From positions 464 to 64,463 of the forward strand of contig JBAZUL010000009.1 of NCBI GenBank assembly GCA_041661405.1: 64,000 nt of DNA. Direction: 5' to 3'. Below the pieces are notes generated by a model. It saw only the letters and a list, made by a program, of their open reading frames with translations. It ran no database searches and was not told the DNA's origin. This stretch comes from Patescibacteria group bacterium (GTDB taxonomy: Bacteria; Patescibacteriota; Patescibacteriia; Patescibacteriales; JBAZCA01). Position numbers and translations under genes: made by a program. Below are positions 60,600-64,000 of this stretch, one piece after another. Every line of letters begins with the position of its first letter. Position 1 is the first letter of the stretch.

Positions 60600-61211
60600 T
60601 TATTCCCCGTGCCTTAAAAGATAGTCGTCTTTTCTTCCCCGCAGAATCCGGGGGTCAAGCACTCTTTTAATTCCCTGCTCATACACGGCGATTATATCTT
60701 CTCTGGATCTTTTCATGCTGTATTCATAAAGTTCGGCGAGCATTAGATAATAGGTCGTTTCGCCGGGCGAAATTGCTATGGCTTCTTTGTAATATTCCTC
60801 TGATAATTTATAATCGCCCAAATATTTTGCCATATTTCCGGCATTAACCATTAAAACGGTATTCTTCCTTTGCCCGGCTTCAATTCCTTCCTGATAAATT
60901 TTAAGCGCCTCCCGGTAATACTCTTTTCCATCGCCGATTTTTTGCGCCTGAACGTCTTCAGCCAGAGTCTTCCAAGCCATTCCCAAAGAAATATACGTCT
61001 TAATATTATTCTTATCCGCCTTTAAAATATTTTGCTCTTTTATTATTTCATCTACTGAAGCCGACAATCCGGGATAATTATTTTTTAATCGGTTCAAGCC
61101 AATGTCCGATCCTCCGCCCTTGTAAAAATACATTATCGCTCCAATGCTAGCGGTTAAAACGATAATTACGCTAAAAATTATTAAATTTTTTTTGCTAAAA
61201 ATAGCGCTCAT
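60600..61211 (-). CDS. membrane-anchored TPR-repeat protein
   Basis: An N-terminal TM segment is followed by three or four TPR-like helices (YYREALKIYQEGIE..., YYKEAIAISP...). Confidence 0.6.
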   Translation of the reverse strand: MSAIFSKKNLIIFSVIIVLTASIGAIMYFYKGGGSDIGLNRLKNNYPGLSASVDEIIKEQNILKADKNNIKTYISLGMAWKTLAEDVQAQKIGDGKEYYREALKIYQEGIEAGQRKNTVLMVNAGNMAKYLGDYKLSEEYYKEAIAISPGETTYYLMLAELYEYSMKRSREDIIAVYEQGIKRVLDPRILRGRKDDYLLRHGE

Positions 61212-61288
61212 ATCTTTAAATTTTAGATATTAATTAGTTATCATCTTAAATTATCGCATTATTACCCTTAAATTTCAACGGCGTTTAT

Positions 61289-63505
61289 CTACATTTCCAC
61301 TCCGTTATCCTTTAAGAAGTTTATCGCTTCTTCTCTTAAAGCCGGGTTTAGCTCTACGGCTTTTTCTATGTATTCCTTTGCCATAATTTTATCGCCCAAA
61401 ATCATGTAGGTAGCGGCCAGACTGGCGTAATTTTGGGCGTTTTGAGGTTCCCGCGCTATCAAATTTTCGTAAAGCGGGACTATTTTTTCGTAACTTTTAT
61501 CCTGAGCGTAAATGTCAATTAAATAGCGAGTGTTTGTCGTTATGGACAAGGCGAATCCCGCGCCTTTTTCCAGCTCTGTAATCCCTTCGGTCCGCTTTTT
61601 ATTCTGCATCAAGGCCAAGCCATAATACCAGTGCGGTTCGGGGTAATCAGGATTCTTAAAAGCCAGCTCGCCGAGTACAGCTTCGCTTTTTCCTGATTCG
61701 CCGGTTAAAAAATATAATTTTCCCAGCAATAGCGGTATCTGCTGGCGGTCATGGTTGATGCTTTTTGCAGAGAACAAAACTTCTTCGGCTTTTTTATAAT
61801 AAACATTGTCAAGATACTCGCCCATGAAAGTATAAAGTTGCCCCAGCCAAAATTTATAAATGTAGGTATTCGGATATTTTTCAACGTCAGCTTTAAATTC
61901 TTTTTCAATTTCATAAGCTACCGGCTCAAGAGTTTCCCTATCCAGTTTTCCCCAGCCGTCAAAAGAAGTAAGATCCATGGTTAAATTAACAGCCACGTCC
62001 CATTTAAAAGGCGCCGGAGTTTCCATTGCCTTTAGGGCGTATTTTTCCCAGATAAAATTAGACTGGATAGCTTTAGCGTCCCGGGCAAGGCTCGTATAAT
62101 AGGAGGCCTTAAGCATCCGGTAGCCGATGAAAGCCGAGACTAGAAAAAAAACAAAAAAGGCGATTACCATTAAATTTAAATGCCAATCTTTAATCGGCCG
62201 GTCTTCCTTTTTATCGGATTCAACTATCCAGACGACCAAAGCTAAAATCAAAAACCAAAGCTGGAGCGAATTTGAAGTTTCAAAAGAAAAAAGCAGGGCA
62301 ATAACGTAAGCGCCAATCCCGGCAAAAATAAAAATTAACCCGGCGCGATCTTTCCTATTTTCCTCCGCCCTGATTTTTTTATAGAGTCCAATAAAAATAA
62401 ATCCGAGCAGAACCAAGTAAGAAATAACGCCAATAATGCCGGCGGAGTTAGCGATATCCAAAACATAATTATGGGGCTGATCCCAGACAGTCTCCTGAAA
62501 TGAATAGGCTAGAAATTTAGGATTATAATATTTATCGTATATCGCCTGGTAACTCTCCAGTCCGTGTCCGATTATCGGCGAATCCTTTAAGCCTTTTAAG
62601 GCGATTTGCCAAGCCATGATCCGGGTTTTAGCGGTCGTGTCATTCAGGCTGATGCTATAAACAAAAGAGATAGACGGGGGCAAAAAATTTCTTACGGCCG
62701 GAAAAGCAAGTCCCGAGCTCCAGATAATTATAGCGAGCGCGGCGCCGGCTATAAGGCCGATTCTAAGTCTCTTACCGGCCTGAAAAATAAAATATAATAT
62801 TATAGCGAGCGCGGCGCCGGCTATTATACCGATAAAAACACCCCTTGTTTTGGTGCCAAAAATCGTAATTAGCGAAACCAGCGCCGATAAAAGGCCGAGC
62901 CATTTCCAGGCCGAATCCCTAAAACGCAGAAAATAAAAAATTCCGATGAATATCGGAAGCATTAAATAGTTGGCTAAAAAGATAGGATTGCCGATTAAGC
63001 CCGATAACCGGGTTCCATCTAAGATGTAATTCTTAATTCCGGGGATATAAAGTCCGAACCAGGCAATAAGCGATGATAATAGCGCGACTGCCAAAGCCAT
63101 GCCTAAAAACTTTTTCCAGTCGTCGCGAGAAACAATAAATTGCCTAAAAAGAAAATAAAAAATTATGAAATGCGCCAGCGTAAAGAGCCCCTGAACCCGT
63201 GACTGGTCGCTCCAGAAACTGCGGTTAAAATTATCTCCGAAAAAAGAAGTAGCTAATAAAACAAGAAAAAAAATAATAACTGCCCAGTCAATTTTACTAA
63301 AAACAAAAAATTTCTCTTTTTTTACGGCAACTAAAATTACGCCAAGAAGGCCGAGTAAAGCGATTAAAATTTGAAAAAAAACCGTCTTCCCGAAATGGGC
63401 CGGATACATGGTCCAGGAAATAAAAGCAAGCGGCAAAATAAGCGAAAAGTTAAGCCCGAATTTTATTATTTTATTCAGCATATTTTTCAAAACAACTGCT
63501 TTCAT
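61289..63505 (-). CDS. O-antigen ligase (Wzy_C)-like membrane protein with C-terminal TPR repeats (paralog of 55469-57706)
   Basis: It has the same architecture as its paralog, with a GTKTRGVFIG loop and a TPR tail. Confidence 0.75.
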   Translation of the reverse strand: MKAVVLKNMLNKIIKFGLNFSLILPLAFISWTMYPAHFGKTVFFQILIALLGLLGVILVAVKKEKFFVFSKIDWAVIIFFLVLLATSFFGDNFNRSFWSDQSRVQGLFTLAHFIIFYFLFRQFIVSRDDWKKFLGMALAVALLSSLIAWFGLYIPGIKNYILDGTRLSGLIGNPIFLANYLMLPIFIGIFYFLRFRDSAWKWLGLLSALVSLITIFGTKTRGVFIGIIAGAALAIILYFIFQAGKRLRIGLIAGAALAIIIWSSGLAFPAVRNFLPPSISFVYSISLNDTTAKTRIMAWQIALKGLKDSPIIGHGLESYQAIYDKYYNPKFLAYSFQETVWDQPHNYVLDIANSAGIIGVISYLVLLGFIFIGLYKKIRAEENRKDRAGLIFIFAGIGAYVIALLFSFETSNSLQLWFLILALVVWIVESDKKEDRPIKDWHLNLMVIAFFVFFLVSAFIGYRMLKASYYTSLARDAKAIQSNFIWEKYALKAMETPAPFKWDVAVNLTMDLTSFDGWGKLDRETLEPVAYEIEKEFKADVEKYPNTYIYKFWLGQLYTFMGEYLDNVYYKKAEEVLFSAKSINHDRQQIPLLLGKLYFLTGESGKSEAVLGELAFKNPDYPEPHWYYGLALMQNKKRTEGITELEKGAGFALSITTNTRYLIDIYAQDKSYEKIVPLYENLIAREPQNAQNYASLAATYMILGDKIMAKEYIEKAVELNPALREEAINFLKDNGVEM

Positions 63506-63523
63506 ATTATCACAACCTTCTCT

Positions 63524-63562
63524 AAAAACAACCCCGTCCCGCCCAATTAAGGCGGGACGGGG
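63524..63562 (-). terminator. rho-independent terminator
   Basis: A perfect 12-bp stem CCCCGTCCCGCC/GGCGGGACGGGG is followed by TTGTTTTT on the minus strand. Confidence 0.8.
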
Positions 63563-63616
63563 AGTTTATTTCAGTCGTATTAACCGAAATCTAAAACCAA
63601 TACTCTAACTAAATGA

Positions 63617-64000
63617 TTAGTTATAAGTAAGAGTTTTGGCCGACAAAGGCAGGGAGTCGCTGGTAGCAATATCAGTAGTTATTACACCGTCTCTCCAGGC
63701 CAGGTCAGTCGCGGCCATACCAATACCGATAGATTCGGCAGTAGTGTCAGTGGCGATTTCCAGCTGGTTAGTATCCATGGTTACAACAAAGGTCATGGAC
63801 TGGCCGGACGCGATTTCAACGTCAACGAAGTTGGTCGTGTTGCTGGTTCCGTTGGTGAATTCGGTATCGCCAACATTGCGGTTTTCTCCGGCGGCAAAGC
63901 TAGTGGTAGCAACAAGGTTCGCGGATGAAACAGTTCCATTCTTGTAAACCTTGATTTCCACCGCCTGATTAACAGTTTTTGATGTACCACTCTGGCTGAT
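63617..64000 (-). CDS. C-terminal part of a larger secreted/surface protein (open to the window edge)
   Basis: The reading frame stays open from 63961 to 64000 (...ISQSGTSKTVNQAVEIKVYKNG...). The track 'start' is an internal GTG. The composition is Thr/Asn-rich and beta-type. Confidence 0.5.
   Translation of the reverse strand: MSQSGTSKTVNQAVEIKVYKNGTVSSANLVATTSFAAGENRNVGDTEFTNGTSNTTNFVDVEIASGQSMTFVVTMDTNQLEIATDTTAESIGIGMAATDLAWRDGVITTDIATSDSLPLSAKTLTYN

Noticed and set aside
1-64000. CRISPR arrays, rRNA genes, transposases, reverse transcriptase/DGR, and alternative genetic code
   Set aside because: There are no spacer-interrupted repeats; the tandem arrays are contiguous 7-mers. No rRNA-like conserved strings, DDE, serine/tyrosine recombinase or RT motifs were seen in any frame of the track. 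Long ORFs terminate at TGA (including ATGA overlaps) and tRNA-Trp has anticodon CCA, so UGA recoding is not supported.

Overview
This 64-kb window comes from a compact bacterial genome coded mostly on the minus strand. Only four short plus-strand blocks interrupt it: the RelE toxin-antitoxin pair, the R/D-rich protein with gyrB, MarR with the MFP and RND genes, and lexA. Gene content suggests a Candidate Phyla Radiation / Patescibacteria-like organism, which is inference only. The relevant genes are HU, L33, L25, a SEDS protein, GyrB, DnaX, HPF, GDH, paired O-antigen-ligase/TPR proteins, a DUF5667-like anti-sigma protein and many secreted repeat proteins. The standard genetic code fits: tRNA-Trp has anticodon CCA, and TGA is used as a stop in ATGA start/stop overlaps. 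Five things stand out. (1) A low-GC island of about 5.6 kb (32129-37752) sits at the 3' end of tRNA-Gln and is bounded by a duplicated tRNA 3' segment. It carries one tight six-gene operon: a frameshifted C-protein-like HTH, a RadC(JAB)-Dcm fusion methyltransferase, a HaeII-like endonuclease, Vsr, a PG-binding M15 peptidase without a signal peptide, and a RelA/SpoT-domain protein with an unknown C-terminal domain. (2) An SOS neighbourhood (24508-29023) holds lexA, dinB, dinD and small unknown genes. Nearly identical GTTC-N7-GTTC-type operators lie in the spacers of two divergent promoters, and dinB is preceded by a uORF that repeats its first 9 codons. (3) Several promoters place the -10 element 7-9 nt from the ATG, which implies leaderless mRNAs. 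(4) There are several intergenic repeat families: a 108-bp multi-hairpin element, heptanucleotide arrays including one inside a glycosyltransferase ORF, and a 22-nt palindrome. (5) There is an APH-type kinase fused to IPP isomerase. No rRNA, CRISPR array, transposase or integrase was seen. All protein calls rest on motif recognition by eye, not on database searches.
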